Below, piece by piece: positions 1 through 33,499 of a stretch of DNA of 64,000 nt; the stretch's first letter is position 1, and each line of letters starts with the position of its first letter. Both the position numbers and the translations under genes were made by a program. The stretch comes from Tubiluchus corallicola (taxonomy: Eukaryota > Animalia > Priapulida), in assembly GCA_030141605.1 (NCBI GenBank), contig JAQGDQ010000434.1, forward strand, positions 1 to 64,000, given 5' to 3'. The notes beneath the pieces are model-generated. The model saw only the letters and a program-made list of their open reading frames with translations. It made no database searches and was not told where the DNA came from.

Positions 1-355
1 TTAACTGCACACATTTATTCAGAAAGGCTTTTTTCCACAATGTATTGTTTTTAAGATTAATTCTGAAGCTATTTTTCTTAATTTAAGCTTGTACATGTTT
101 CACTGACTCTTGGACCAATCCTTAAAATTGTGCATCAGCACAGGTCTATGTAGCTCCCTGTAAAATATCCTGCTTCTATGGCAGAGCTACCAAACCATGC
201 ATAAAGGCTAGAAACCTTGTGTTCAATAAACTCAAGAAATTCTTCCTTGTAGACTTCAGTTATGACAAGGAGTTGGTATATCGACCTCCATCAATAAAAT
301 GTTTTAAAAAAACATTCAAGAACTTAGTTACGCAAAAGATGAACAAAATCGATCA

Positions 356-20320
<19,965 letters not shown>

Positions 20321-22339
20321 CTTGACAGTCTGCAGGTGGAAACAGTGTTAAGCAAAAAGGTAAATGGTTGAAGTAGTTTACCACACTATTACAGACTTCA
20401 TGATGGGCAAGTACTTCAGGGCAAAAATGGCAGTCTCATCTTATTCCTTGACTGGCAAGTGTGGCAGGGCAAAAACGACAATCTAGAAATGATTCATCTT
20501 AGAATGAGTTCTGAAATTTAGAGAAAAAGTCGAACTAAAAACCAGACATAAATGCAGACACAATATATGACCTACCAATTACATGCACTGTAAACGCTGT
20601 TCAGTTAACAAATGACCTCTGTTTAGATATGCCTGCATGTATTAACCAGCACCGAAATATTAATCTACCAAGCATTAATTCTCTTAAAGGATTAATTAAA
20701 ACACATAAGAGTTCTATATACCGCATTGCATTTTGGGTTAGTCCCTTGTGATGTAAAGCTTATTATAAACAGATTTGTTTCGCCGTAAAGGCGGTCTTGT
20801 CCTCATACCTGAGTACACCATGGAATCATTACTAGTAATGTCCTTCGATGCAAGCTCAGTACTAAATCTGTGGCAGCATTACAGATGTTACCTGCTTGTT
20901 TAAAGCAGTGACTGAGACTAGCATGTATCAATTTTCATAATCATAGGCACCCATGTGTACATGACTGAGCTGATTCAGACAAATAGCCTATTATTTTACA
21001 TTATAGATAGCAGACTTGCTAATCTGATGGCAGTCTTACAATTCGTAGTTCAGGCCTATCCTGCTTTTATTTTGCAACGAATTGCAAAACAACAGGCCTA
21101 CAGTTACTATAAAATGTTAAATATTATATCTACATAATTTTAATTATTTACTGTGAGATATTATTTTTAAGATAAAATTGGAGGCATTAATTTGCCCTAA
21201 AATGTAGTGTTTTTGCACAGTTATAAAATGTGTTTAAAAAACTGTTTATATTCTTGAACAGACTTCGCTCACCATGTTTAGGCAGCAGCAATGCTATGCA
21301 TAAAGACTGCATCATTTTAGTGCCTTACGATGATAAAGTAATATCATTAATAAAGTCTCACTGTTTAGGACTTCTGCAACTTGACACTTTTTAAATTACG
21401 ATTTATGACAGTGCACTGTAGTCGAACTGTATGATGCACCTGGTACTAGTAGTTTATATACACGAATAATTGGTATCCATGATAATCTATAAGTGGGTAT
21501 TATAGTTTTAAACAAAATGATGTGCCTGAAAAAGCAGAAGATGAAGTTCGACAAAGAAGAGAATCCTTGAAAGAAGACAAATATTACCAATGTTGCAATT
21601 ACCAGAATATGGGATATCCTCATTACAGGAGGTTGTTAAAGCATCTTGAAGTACAAAGAATGTGTGTTACAGGTACTTTTTCCATTTCACTGAGTTCGAA
21701 TAACTGAAAATTTGCGTAGTGACACCACTGCCATTAGGACATCCAGTTCCCACAGAAAGTTGGGTATTGTACTACTAACTATAATCATAATAATAATATA
21801 CACACTCAAAACTCACTAGCTCATCAAATCACATCACTGAATCTATACCATTGAATGGTTTAGTAATGCTAGCCACTATCCAATTGACATTAAATGCGCC
21901 ACTCTCATTGTCCTTTTAAATTTACTAATATTCTCCTAAGCTATTAGTATTACATCACCTAGAAGACGATTCCATGGATTAATTACTCGGTGATTGAAAA
22001 AATGTTTCTGTATATTGGTTCTAACTCAATGACAAAAAATTTCTTAAAATGTCACCGAAGCTGACTAAAGTGTGAAACAAAAATCAGTTGACTGTAGTAT
22101 AGTATGATCATTTAAAATCTTATATAGTTATGTGACGTCTGTGACGTCAATCTGGAATATAAGAACTACCGAACAGCATTGCAACCCCTTCTAATATAGT
22201 TGAACTGTATTCTAGTATGATTTTGTGTATGTCCCATACTTAGGCTGCATTAATAGCTTAATTTAGGTAATCGCTTATGTTAATTGAATGAGTCATTAGT
22301 TAATTACTCATTAAGCAAATTTATCTACTACAATAAAGC

Positions 22340-23240
22340 AAGTTGTGACTGTACATATATGAGCATGCACCTAGTTAGCTCTGGGAAGGGTCCCACCTCA
22401 TACCTGTCCTAGATCTCCTTTACAAGAAAATAAGTGATTGGTCATACGCTCAACTGAACAAGCTATCTAGCCAATAAACCGTCGTGTTAAAGGATAAGGT
22501 CATTCAGTTCTACCTGTTCTAGAAATTGAAACCAGGTTCAACACAGTGTGTCGAACGTGCTAAGCCAGTGAAGTCGTCGAATATGACTTCCGACGAACAT
22601 TTATTAACAATCGAAGTCAAGACTTAATTACTGTGGCGACAGAAAGTGATTAAAGGGCACTGACACACCAAACGATTAGGTGTTCGAGCCGTGAGGTGGA
22701 AACACCAATAAACTGGCTATTATTCGTTATTTGACGTACTGCTGTAAACGGAAATTCAGGAGATCTGGTGCAGAAACAACCAGGCGATGACCAGACATGG
22801 TATCAATGGTAGTTCCAAGGGGTCAGGACTCCACTGCACTCCACTAGGATTGGAGAAGTAACCACTTACAGCTTCGGTACACCTGACAAGCATTGTAGAA
22901 GTGGCCACGTAAGATTTCGCCCCTTGCTCGAGCTTTGGAAGAGTAACTGCTCAAGATTCCAGGAAGTCCACATAACCGGTTAGTCACGTTATTCCAGCTT
23001 CCAGAGTGATGGAGAATGTCAAATGTTGGAATCTGACAGTGGCCAACTGCAGTCACTACAACTGATAAGTATACTTACCTTACATCCTTCTCCCTCATTT
23101 GGGTTGGGGCTAACTAGTCTTATGTTTATCGTAGGTTATCTAGAAACGTCGTTTGTAATTATAACAACTTTGTTGTTGTTTTGGATTAAAGTGAATTGTT
23201 TTTAGTTCTTATTATCTCATTAAATCAAGAATTAGTCGGT
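22340..23240 (+). mobile_element. Possible solo LTR / retroelement-derived segment in the NBEAL 5' region
   Basis: Abruptly GC/CpG-richer non-coding block starting near TGTGAC (22344), with CCAAT boxes and AATAAA/ATTAAA signals. No clear CA end or TSD found; boundaries approximate. Confidence 0.3.
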
Positions 23241-23912
23241 AATATTAAAAACGGTTTTGTTTGCTTCTATTCGGTATAAATGTCTGTGAACTATGCTTAA
23301 ATGGAAAGATTCACTGAACCCACGTGTCAGCACGTATCAGAAATCAGTAAGAAAAAAGTGTTTGTGGTGTCGTAAAGAAAGCGCTCCATACCACAGGTGG
23401 TACACCACTTATCACAAGTTATAGGCATTTACCAAATCAATAGTATTATGTCGCTTTTCTAGAAAGTAAAAGGTAAAGAAGATAAATCAATATCATGAGC
23501 TAAATGAAGACAACGCTTGTGAGTTGCTTCGAGGCATTGAATATATGTAATACACTGTGGTAACCATACAACTCCAACATATTCCAACAAAGGAGAGACC
23601 AAACTTTTAATATTAAAGGCAAAACGACAGAATCTCTGCTAATTACACTTAATCACACCAGTAAGTTTGTTGGCTTTCTTTTCTAATTCAGCAATATGAT
23701 CACTAAACTTCAGATCGTTAGAGGTAGAAACTTCACGAACTAATTTATCATTAACTGCCTAATTATAAGTAACATGACTCCTCATACGTACCAATGCACA
23801 CTTACGGGCATCAGCTGCAAAAGCAAGTGCCTCAAGTCAATATTATTTTACATTTTAATAACCGTTTACTTTTTGCGATTGTTGCCATAGCTAGCTCATT
23901 TTCCAGTATAGC

Positions 23913-24545
23913 TTACCTATATTTTCCAATATTGCCGAACTACAGTACACGATCTATAATTTCTGCGGAATCACCAAGCAACATCTTTACCACCTGATTT
24001 CGCCCATCTTATTGACTCACCCTGATGTCATGAAATCCGAAAAACGTGACGAACCGTCGCCCAATTTCATGAAAGGCCACAGTAGGAACAACAAAGATAC
24101 TTGAGAAGATAGTAGCAGAAGATAGTGGATATCTCGGGTGAGTCAATGACACTAGACAGTTGTGAAGAAAACAACAACAACTAAAAGTGGTACACAACCT
24201 TTACTAAAGAGGTACAAAAACAATTAGTAATAATACCGAAAAATTCATTTCATCTATTGTCTAACACCATATCGTACATCTCCGAGTATAATTGTTGAAC
24301 AAAAATAAAAAATCTATCGTGCAACTCTGATGTTCTCATATTCAGTATGAAAGCCTCGCATGTCTCGAACAACACGCAATGTTAAGAATACATTGGAGCG
24401 ACAGAAGAGATTAGTGACGAACTCATAATCCTTGCAACACACGTTGCAGATGTTGCACAAGCTTGCATTTTAAATGCTGATCAATGGCATGTTGTTGTAA
24501 CACGTCAGCTTTGGCTCTGTCTTTCAGGATTTGTGGGCGGGGTCG
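23913..24545 (-). promoter_or_regulatory. Putative NBEAL non-coding first exon and promoter
   Basis: The NBEAL ATG exon has an acceptor 9 nt upstream of the ATG (cctgcag|actgtcaagATG), so an upstream UTR exon is expected. A CpG-richer segment here has a strong minus-strand donor (AG|gtaagc at ~23917) and a GC box GGGCGGGG at ~24535. Confidence 0.4.
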
Positions 24546-25685
24546 TAGGTGCACTAGTGTTTTAAAGACAGCAACTGTCCTAATATTGAATGAACAACTG
24601 TTTGCATTAACTACATATCAAACAATGTAGCAGCATTATGCAAGAACCAGAAACGTCTTACGTGATGCATTACAACTATCATACGTAACTATATCATTTG
24701 TATAAAATATTTATGCACTTATTTACTTTGGGCGATTCTATCCATTCAATGAATAGATTACTACCCTACCTGGGATAGTTGCAATCACGGGATTACACAT
24801 TCATAGTAAGTTTCTACATGTAGTGTGTTTTGTAAATATGAAACCACCAAGTAAAAAAATAAAATTAGTGAACTGACTGCCATCATTTGCAACACGTTTA
24901 TCATTTACAACACACAAAATGTAAACAAAGGCAGCACCAACAAAGACTTGGTCATTTCAACATTTATTACAACTGCTCTGATTTTTTTTACATTAATTCT
25001 CAAGCAAAAAATCAGTTTGCTAAAACACGATATACACTACGCAATAGCATCTACAAATACATGATTAGTCAAGCGTATAATCGAAAAATTCGTCAAACTT
25101 TAGCACGACTAATAACATTTTTGACAATTTGATAAAAATAACATGCACACGAAATTACTACAATCTGTCTACATCCACAAACTGTTTTCTAAATATACAA
25201 ATGTTTATTTTGCAGTACACACAGTTATTTACATTATTTTTGTTTTATATAAAATGCTATAAAAATTTAGCAGAAAAGATCCATTAATAAAAAACCTTGG
25301 TAAACTTATCTAAATGCCAACAACAGCAGTTGAGATTCCAACAAAATAAAATGCCAAAAAATTCACTGACGATGGTAAGTGAAATGACAGATGAAATGTT
25401 GAAGCAAGCTTTGTCATGATAAGAGCATTCTTTCCTAAGTAAATATTACTTTATTGCCACATAGCAGTGCAAAACTTCTCATATAATTATTGTTTACATG
25501 TATATATAGATGTACATTTATACCTACAATGTATTTATGCTTTGTTCATAAGAAATACTTTCAAAAATTCCAATAAAAGAAATGATATAAAAGCAAAAAT
25601 AACACTTGTGCGTTACACAAATTCGTACCAATAATCATTGTCTCTGTACAATTAGCTACACAATAAGTGTTACATACAACACAAG

Positions 25686-28600
25686 CTAAATATTATCTTT
25701 TATATTTTCACAATCAATGTCCATCTTGTCTTCCTGAGCGGCAATTTTTAAGAGTGTTTTCTTGATTCGCAGCATTGTGTGTCTCGCTGTTGGATTAGTT
25801 GACCAGCTTTCCTTCATTAGCCGAGCAATGTCTAACAGAGCCTGCAGGAAAATAATTAATAACGCCATAAGAACAGTAAAACGCCTGCATATGAAAAAAT
25901 CGTTTCATAACTGTACAGTCCTGCATTTAATGACATTTCATTTGACAATGCTAAGTTTCTGACACCTTTTTTCATGTATGTTTCGGGGTAAAGACGTCTT
26001 CTGTTCTACTTTAAATGCACAAATTTTGTTCGCTGCACTCGCAGATTATGAAGAAGCTGACTGCTAACACAAATCAATGTGACTAATTTGCCATATTCAT
26101 CCTCATTTCTTAGCAAACTATGGTAACAAATCTCAACAAAATTCGTATTTAATCAACTAAAAATGTTGCTGTATGCAAAATGAAAAAACTGGTCTACAAC
26201 TTTTGTCTATAGTATTACCAATCTTGCAATTACCACAATTATTATAACACATTAGAATGAAAGAAGAGACATGAAAAACATGATTGAGTGCTATAGGAAA
26301 GCCACTAAGAAAAATTTACTAAACTCAGACAGTCCTAAATCAAATGCAAATTACTGAAGCACAACATTATAGTACTGCACTACTTTCAAAATGGCATGCA
26401 ATACTGGCATGTCTAGTATTTTGTAAACTATGTTTGACATACCGCACTGCCAGTCCATTGGTTGCGCATCTGTGGTCGATATCCCTCAACTGCTACCACT
26501 TCCTTCATCTCCTCAAAACTGGGATCAGAACCAACTCTGTCATAGAATGGAGGTCTATACTCCTCTGCCTTGATACCTAAGTAAATACAAATACTCACTA
26601 TACACACTATGTTACTATGTCACAACAAGACAAAAAGCACATTGCATAAGACATTTTGATACAAATGGTAAATGCAAAAGCTAAACTTGATAGTCAAAAA
26701 TGTGTTATAACAAGTGCCGTAAGCAAGAACGAAGTAAAAATCACCTTCAGTACCACAGCGACGTACAACTTCCCACATAACAAGTGCAAATGCATACACA
26801 TCCAGACGCTTGAATGATTCAAAAATGCTCATGTTCATTGTCTCATCCAGAAGCTCTGGTGCCATGTATCTTTTTGTGCCAACTTTGTTATTGTTGCCAT
26901 AATCAATTTTGCCTGTTGCCTGTGTGTGCATGACTGCTAGCCCCAGGTCAGCAACACAACATTGTCCATTGCCCTGGTGTAAACAAAGAAAAAAGTTACG
27001 CTGTATTACAGCAATAATGCCTGCAGTAATATTGATCACTATAATTTGCAACACTTAATACATGTGTGACCTTCTAAAAATCAAAAATTTAAACTGAGTA
27101 AAAAAACTAAAAAATACAAGTACAAGTAGCAAAAGCGAAATTTGTCTCATTGAATGTGCTTCTGTTAAGATACAAATGGTACTACTATTATTTCATGTGC
27201 TACACACAACTTCAAGCCAGCAAATGGTTGTACAGGCGTATCCAAGATTTACATGCCCCATTACTTACGCTAAGTTTTTTCACAAATACTGCATTTCACA
27301 GTGGCGAATTACGTATACAGTACTATGTATACGTACATTACATCTTAAGTGTGGACGAAAAAACCATTTTCATAAAAAAGTATTGTGAAAAACATGCTAT
27401 TTAAAAAATAAACAGAATTTTCTTAGATGTTGTTAATAGCTCGTTCAAAATATGTTAATTAAACACTCAGTAATGGTTACAATTTACAAATAAATCACAA
27501 AAATAATATTTAATTGCCTAATTTTGAACAGTTTGCTTAACAGCTAGAAGTTGAGCATTAAAAAATATTGATTTCTCTAACAACTATGCAAACATGCCCA
27601 CTTTTTAAATGTATGTACATTTTTTGGAAATGTACGAAACATACAAACTTCATACCATTTTATAGAACTTTTCAAGGCCTGCAAATCCCACTATAGTCAA
27701 CTACAAATCCTGCGATAATTGCTAGCTGTGTGTACTAGCCTACAATGCAGGCAAAACTTCAAATTTGTAAAAAACTGGTCCACACTTAAACAAAATACAC
27801 GGCACTCAGCTTTGAAATTTTAGCTAACTTTTATGCAGCACAGAAACAACTAACACGGTACCTATTTGCAAAAAAAAACACTATGCTTTGCACAGAATTT
27901 GACTGATTTTTTATTTTTGGCCAATATGGTCGATAAATAACAAGCATCCATACAACAAAATTTTACATACAAATGCAAACAAACTTAGTTACAGCACATT
28001 CAACAGTGACATCACGAGACTGCATTATACATATTAGTTTCCTTCAATATTTAAAAAGTAAAAGTGTGGAACAGAATGTGTGATTGCATTAACAAGGAAG
28101 TTGCGGGCGATGTTATGTTTAGGGCAAAATGGAAGAAAATGACATTCGTCACCGGTTTCGTTACACATTGCACATAAATGCTCCTACATTTGGCTAGCAG
28201 CTATAGTTTTCCACAGTAAATGAGAAACAATCTTTTTTGGACAAAACATTCTGTACTTGTTCTCTTACTCTTGCAACACAGGAAATCTTCTCACTTACTT
28301 GTTTGTTCAGTGATTAGACAAGTTCTCTCAGATGATATTACAACTTACCCACAATGTTACCTACATAATAACAAACGGAATCTACAGGCTTTCCTAGATT
28401 CAAGTCTATGTGCTTACTTAGGTCGGCATATTACATCTGATTGGGAGGACGGCATATGCAGCCAGATAGCTTTAAGTGTTAAAATACACTTTCATGAGTT
28501 TTCTTCCTTATTAAATGAATAGGCATTAATGCAGCACAAGTCACTCACCTTAATCAAAATGTTTTTAGATTTTACATCACGATGAGCAATTGCAACCTTC

Positions 28601-31600
28601 CCCTGTGTCCCAAATATTTCTGTATGAAGATGAAGCAAGCCATTTGCAGCAGTGATGAGACACTGAAGCATTCGATGGACATCCAGCACATAATGATTCA
28701 AATAGTCATACAGAGATCCATATTCACAATAATGCGTTATTAACCATAGTTGAGTGCATCCATTTTTACTAGTCATGTCCGAGCCTAAACATAAAAAAGT
28801 CAAGAAGTGACACAAATTAAAAAATAAGAACTCGCAAAATAACTGCATTCTGTGCATACATTTTTTATATTATGTTTACTTGACATTCTTTAGTGTGTAG
28901 TAACTTATAAAACTGCTAAAACTGATCACATAATAAATGAACATTATTATTAGACAACTAAAATAATGCGCAACACCTACCAATGTAGCCTAGAATGTTT
29001 TCGTGCCTCAACAGAACTGTGTTATAGATCTCTGTTTCCCGCTGCCATGACAACTCATCTCTAGAGGAAAATATTTTAACAGCTACGGCTTCTCCCTGAT
29101 ATATCCCCTTCCACACTTCTCCATACCTGCCTTTACCTATACATTTAAAATACACAAAATTGGACATTAATATCTACACATGATTTATGCAAATAAAATA
29201 AAAATATTATAAGTCAGCATAAACTTACTTCCCATAAAGGAAAGTAATGGTCATTTTAAAAAAGTGTTGGAAACTCGCACAGATACTTTTCAGCATACAA
29301 GAGATCCTGCACTTATTTGCTCCACAATTTTGCGATTTCACAAAACGTAGAATTATACAAGTATTACAAATCTGTGAATGATATAAACTGATTCCACACC
29401 TCCATAATGACAAATCTTTTGTATCTAGCAACTAACATAAGTAACTACAACAGCAAAGAGAGACCTTATAATTCTATGTTAATTACTCTGCCATGAAAGC
29501 ATCTTCAGAATGAACTACATTAAAAAACTAATATTGTAAAAATGGAAGAGGAATCACATACACTTGCGCCTGTCTCCTTTAAACACATAACAACATACAA
29601 AAAAATGACATAGATCTTTTAGTTATTACTTACAACAGTGTCAGCTTTTTAAGAAAATCGCTCAACACAGTCAACTAATGGCGCAACGTTATTTGCTAAA
29701 CCGAACCGAACAGTTTGTCCCAGCACTACAATCAACTAACTTAGATAAACTATCATGACTCACCAATACACTCAGTCAGAGATATACTTCTACTGACAGT
29801 GCGCTGTACAAGTAGAGGCATACCAGCTCCACTACCAGATGTCACTGAATGTTCAAATACATCCTAAATAATAACAAATGAGAAAGTTGTTTTTTAAAAT
29901 TTATTTCTTAGATTTCCTTTCAAATTATTGTAACTGAAACTCTAAAAATGATCCACTTTCACTTGAAAAAAGCAGCAAAAACATATTCCATAAAAATCAT
30001 ATAATAAGAAAGACAGCAGACTAGCTTTTCCACTGAACAGTGAGCACTACACACAATTTTTCTTATGTCACCCAAATTTTTGTTGCGATTAGAAAGAATT
30101 ATCTACACAGTTGCTAGTTCAAATCAGCACATTTATAAATCTTGAAGCTCTCAGTTACTATTTAAAGCACGATCTGTTAAGTCTCTCTGCAAACCATATA
30201 AGTGATGCCAACTAAAGTAAAATGCGTTTGACAAAATAGTTGAAAAAATTCTTCTCCAATAACTCTTTTTAAATGAATTTAAAGTTTGGTAGCCACAAAA
30301 ATATAGAATGATTTCTTAAAACTAGCGATAAATTCTATAAACATTTTTACTTTGTCTAGGATAGATACATGCTTATAGACATATATGCATACAAAGATTT
30401 TTTTAAATGTTTGTGCAGAAAACATTCTTCCTAAACACCTCAATTCATTTTTTTTCTTAAAATATTTTTAAAGAAATTGTTTTTATGTTATACCGCTAGT
30501 GTACTATCTCCAGCAGGAGTTGATATTAAACGGCCAAATGTTCTTGGATCTTGATCATTCAATACTTCCATGTGTTTGCGATGCATGCGTCTCATGAATA
30601 GAAGAATAAGAGCACCAACAACAATCAGTCCCAGCATAGGAACAAATATTGACATCATCAATCGTTGAATGTAAACACTCTGAAAGTTATCTAAAACAAA
30701 AATAGTCACTATACCGGAGTTTTTAAAACAAAACTATATCACTTATTGTTTCCATTAACCAATAATCTAACTAAATCTAGCATATTCTACAGAAATGCAA
30801 AATCACATAATTCCTTAAGAACAGTGTCACCAAACGTTTGCTCAAAACAACTATTTTGTTAAAAACTCATATGTACTTGCTGGCTAAGTACTACAAGTAA
30901 CTTTTTAATAGGTAATATAAAATCTAAACATAAAGCAAAAATAAAAAAAAGCTTAAAATACCTTCCATGTCTATAACAGGGGAAAAAGTGGGAAACAAAT
31001 CTCTGTTGCAATAGTCAAATTCATCGCAACACTTCACCACTGCTTTTTTATCTAATACTGTATTACAAGTCATTTCCTTTTGCTCTAAGTCATTCACGCA
31101 ACCATAACGAAGTTCAGTATGTAAGGTATCATGCACCAAATCAGTAACTAATGCTGTGTAACACTGGAATAAAAGAGAATTAATTAGCACAATGGACAAT
31201 GAAAAAGCAAGCAATATTTTCAAAGTTAAAAATTGTTTAAAAATATTTTAGGAAAATGTTTAAAGAAAAATTCCAGGTAAACAAACAATTGGAAAAGGTA
31301 AAAATATTAATGAATAACGAAAAGCAAAGATGTCGCATTTAAACTCTAATTGTAATAAGTTAGTGTGCTAACTGATACAGCCTTCCAACTAAAGTGTGCA
31401 TGTGCGTAAGTGTCTCAAAAATAAAATCAAGGCAGCTACTGTCTTAGCAAAGCTAAACAGATCTATTTCTTGTACAAAATGGTGCTTATCAAGACTTGTA
31501 CTGCAACAGATTGTAATTGCCTAAATTAACTAGCAAACATAATACATTTTTTAACTGTACGGAATTTATATCGCAGGTGTTACCAACCACAAGCAACAAT

Positions 31601-32168
31601 TACGAAATTGTTAATTCAGTGCATACTCAATTTAGCGAAATAAAATTCATTTTCACCTAGATGCTTAACTAGTAATATAATACTTACCATGTTTGTAGTC
31701 TGGCAATACTCCACTCCACTACAGGAAACGATATCACATTCACATAAAATTTCGCGCATCCCCGAACGTGATGACGAATTCATTGTAGCTCTATACTGGG
31801 CAGCAGTTGCACTTATAGCACCTACGTATAAACAAGCTGTGTTTGAAAAATTTACAAAATTTAAAAACTGCTAAAAACAATTCATGCACAATTTAGTTTA
31901 GTTTATTCACATCTGTTAGTACACAAAATGACATTCATTAAAAAAAATAAGAATACAGTACAACAAATAGCATACTACATAATTAGCACTTATTAAGATG
32001 TGCAGGAGGACACACAGAGCAAAGCTATTTACATGTGTCTATCGAATTTAAGAAACCTTGTTAAATCAACAAGCAACAACGTCTGGATAATCATTATTCA
32101 TAAAACACCTTCACTTAGATTAAAGAGAAAAATAACTGCGCAGTCTGCAATAATGAAGCTTAACTGCC
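25686..32168 (-). CDS. ACVR1: Type I BMP/activin receptor Ser/Thr kinase, ALK1/2 (ACVR1/saxophone) class
   Basis: Approximate exons: 32109-32168 (hydrophobic, signal-peptide-like), 31688-31821 and 30962-31163 (Cys-rich ectodomain with CCDEFDYCN box), 30494-30690 (TM), 29764-29863 (GS box), 28980-29136 (GKGRYGEVW...[10 protein letters not shown]), 28549-28784 (ALK1/2-type L45 loop [11 protein letters not shown]; AHRDVKSKN), 26745-26973 (DLGLA...GTKRYMAPE), 26442-26576, and 25686-25841 (stop). The start codon lies further upstream (~32400-32550) and was not resolved. Confidence 0.92.
27349..27785. mobile_element. Non-autonomous DNA transposon with TTAA target duplication (Kolobok-like MITE)
   Basis: TTAA|GTGTGGAC ... 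GTCCACAC|TTAA perfect inverted ends, ~437 bp, in a receptor intron. Superfamily assignment is inferred from the TSD only. Confidence 0.6.
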
Positions 32169-33499
32169 CTGAAAACAGGAAATTTTTTGCTCATTTAGTC
32201 AATCTCTAGAACAAGGCAACCAACAGAACAGTGCAAAGTTAACCATAAATCAATAGAACAAACAGACAAAATGATTCTACAATCTGCCAAGTGGGTTAAG
32301 ATTAAAGGCTGGAGAGCCAATCCCAGAAATTGCTGACTATTTTAGACACATGATCAAATGATGTAGGCAATTTTTAAAATACACACCCTCCATTGCTACG
32401 GTTTAAACATATCTTGTTTTTTATACCTGCTTATGACTTGACGTAGATTATAGACTTATATAAACTCCTGGCCTTCTGAAAAATAAATGAACTTCACTTC
32501 GTAAGCGCCAGTAAAGAAGAGGCATTGCAGGTGATCCATGGATCTACCTGTACTATAGTATACTGTATAGCTTTAAATTATGGATAGATTTTAACATCGA
32601 ACGAGATAAACGTACCAAGGGCAACAAAAAGGAAATATTAATCTTTCATTCAATAGTGTGCCCAGAAAGAAACGCCTTCGGCAACTTCCGTGCTTTAAAC
32701 TCTCCAACTCCTCTAAATTCCCCAAACTTACAAAATATAACAAAAACGAACACAAAATTTAACGCCGTTGAAAAACCTGAAGTTGAAATGCACTTATGAG
32801 TTGCGATGCGATCAAAGTATACAAAACAAAGTAGGGAAACCCTACTGCGCAGTAGTTCGCGCAGTTAGTGTCGCCCTAGCGGCCGTTCAGTACGGACTGT
32901 TGTTGTCAGGTACGCAACAGCGCAGGCTGTGGGTACTGTAGCAGATGAATTGATGAGACCATCAAAACCAGCCCGGTTAACAGGCGCTCATAAATTGCTC
33001 AGCAGTGAGTTGCAAAAACACAAATAAAAATATCTTTTTAAATTTCGCAAGGATGCAGCCAGGTAAATATAATAAAATGTTAATTATAACACAGTTTTGA
33101 AACTTTTTTTACTAGTTAAATATTTTGTACACTAAGCGAAGACTGCAAGGCCTACATCTCTCTTTGGCGATTTGTAGCAGCTGTTATATTTTTGAATATT
33201 ATTTAAAGCAAGCATAAGGCATTAAGAATAATTTGTAGTTAAAATAAAAATTATTATAATCATATCTCATAAAAATTAATAGGCTTATTTACAAAAGAAG
33301 TTAAGAAAGTTGATCAAAGAGAAAGTTTGCAAATACCTGGCTCATGTAGTATTCGATTTCTGGAGAAATATTTTTTCTAAAAAACATTTCTATTTCATAT
33401 GTTCTTATCAGGAAATATAACTCGAAGAAATATTAGGCCTGACTTTCATGTGTAATACCTTTCATAGAAAAAAAATCGATTTTTTCAGAAGAGCAAATA

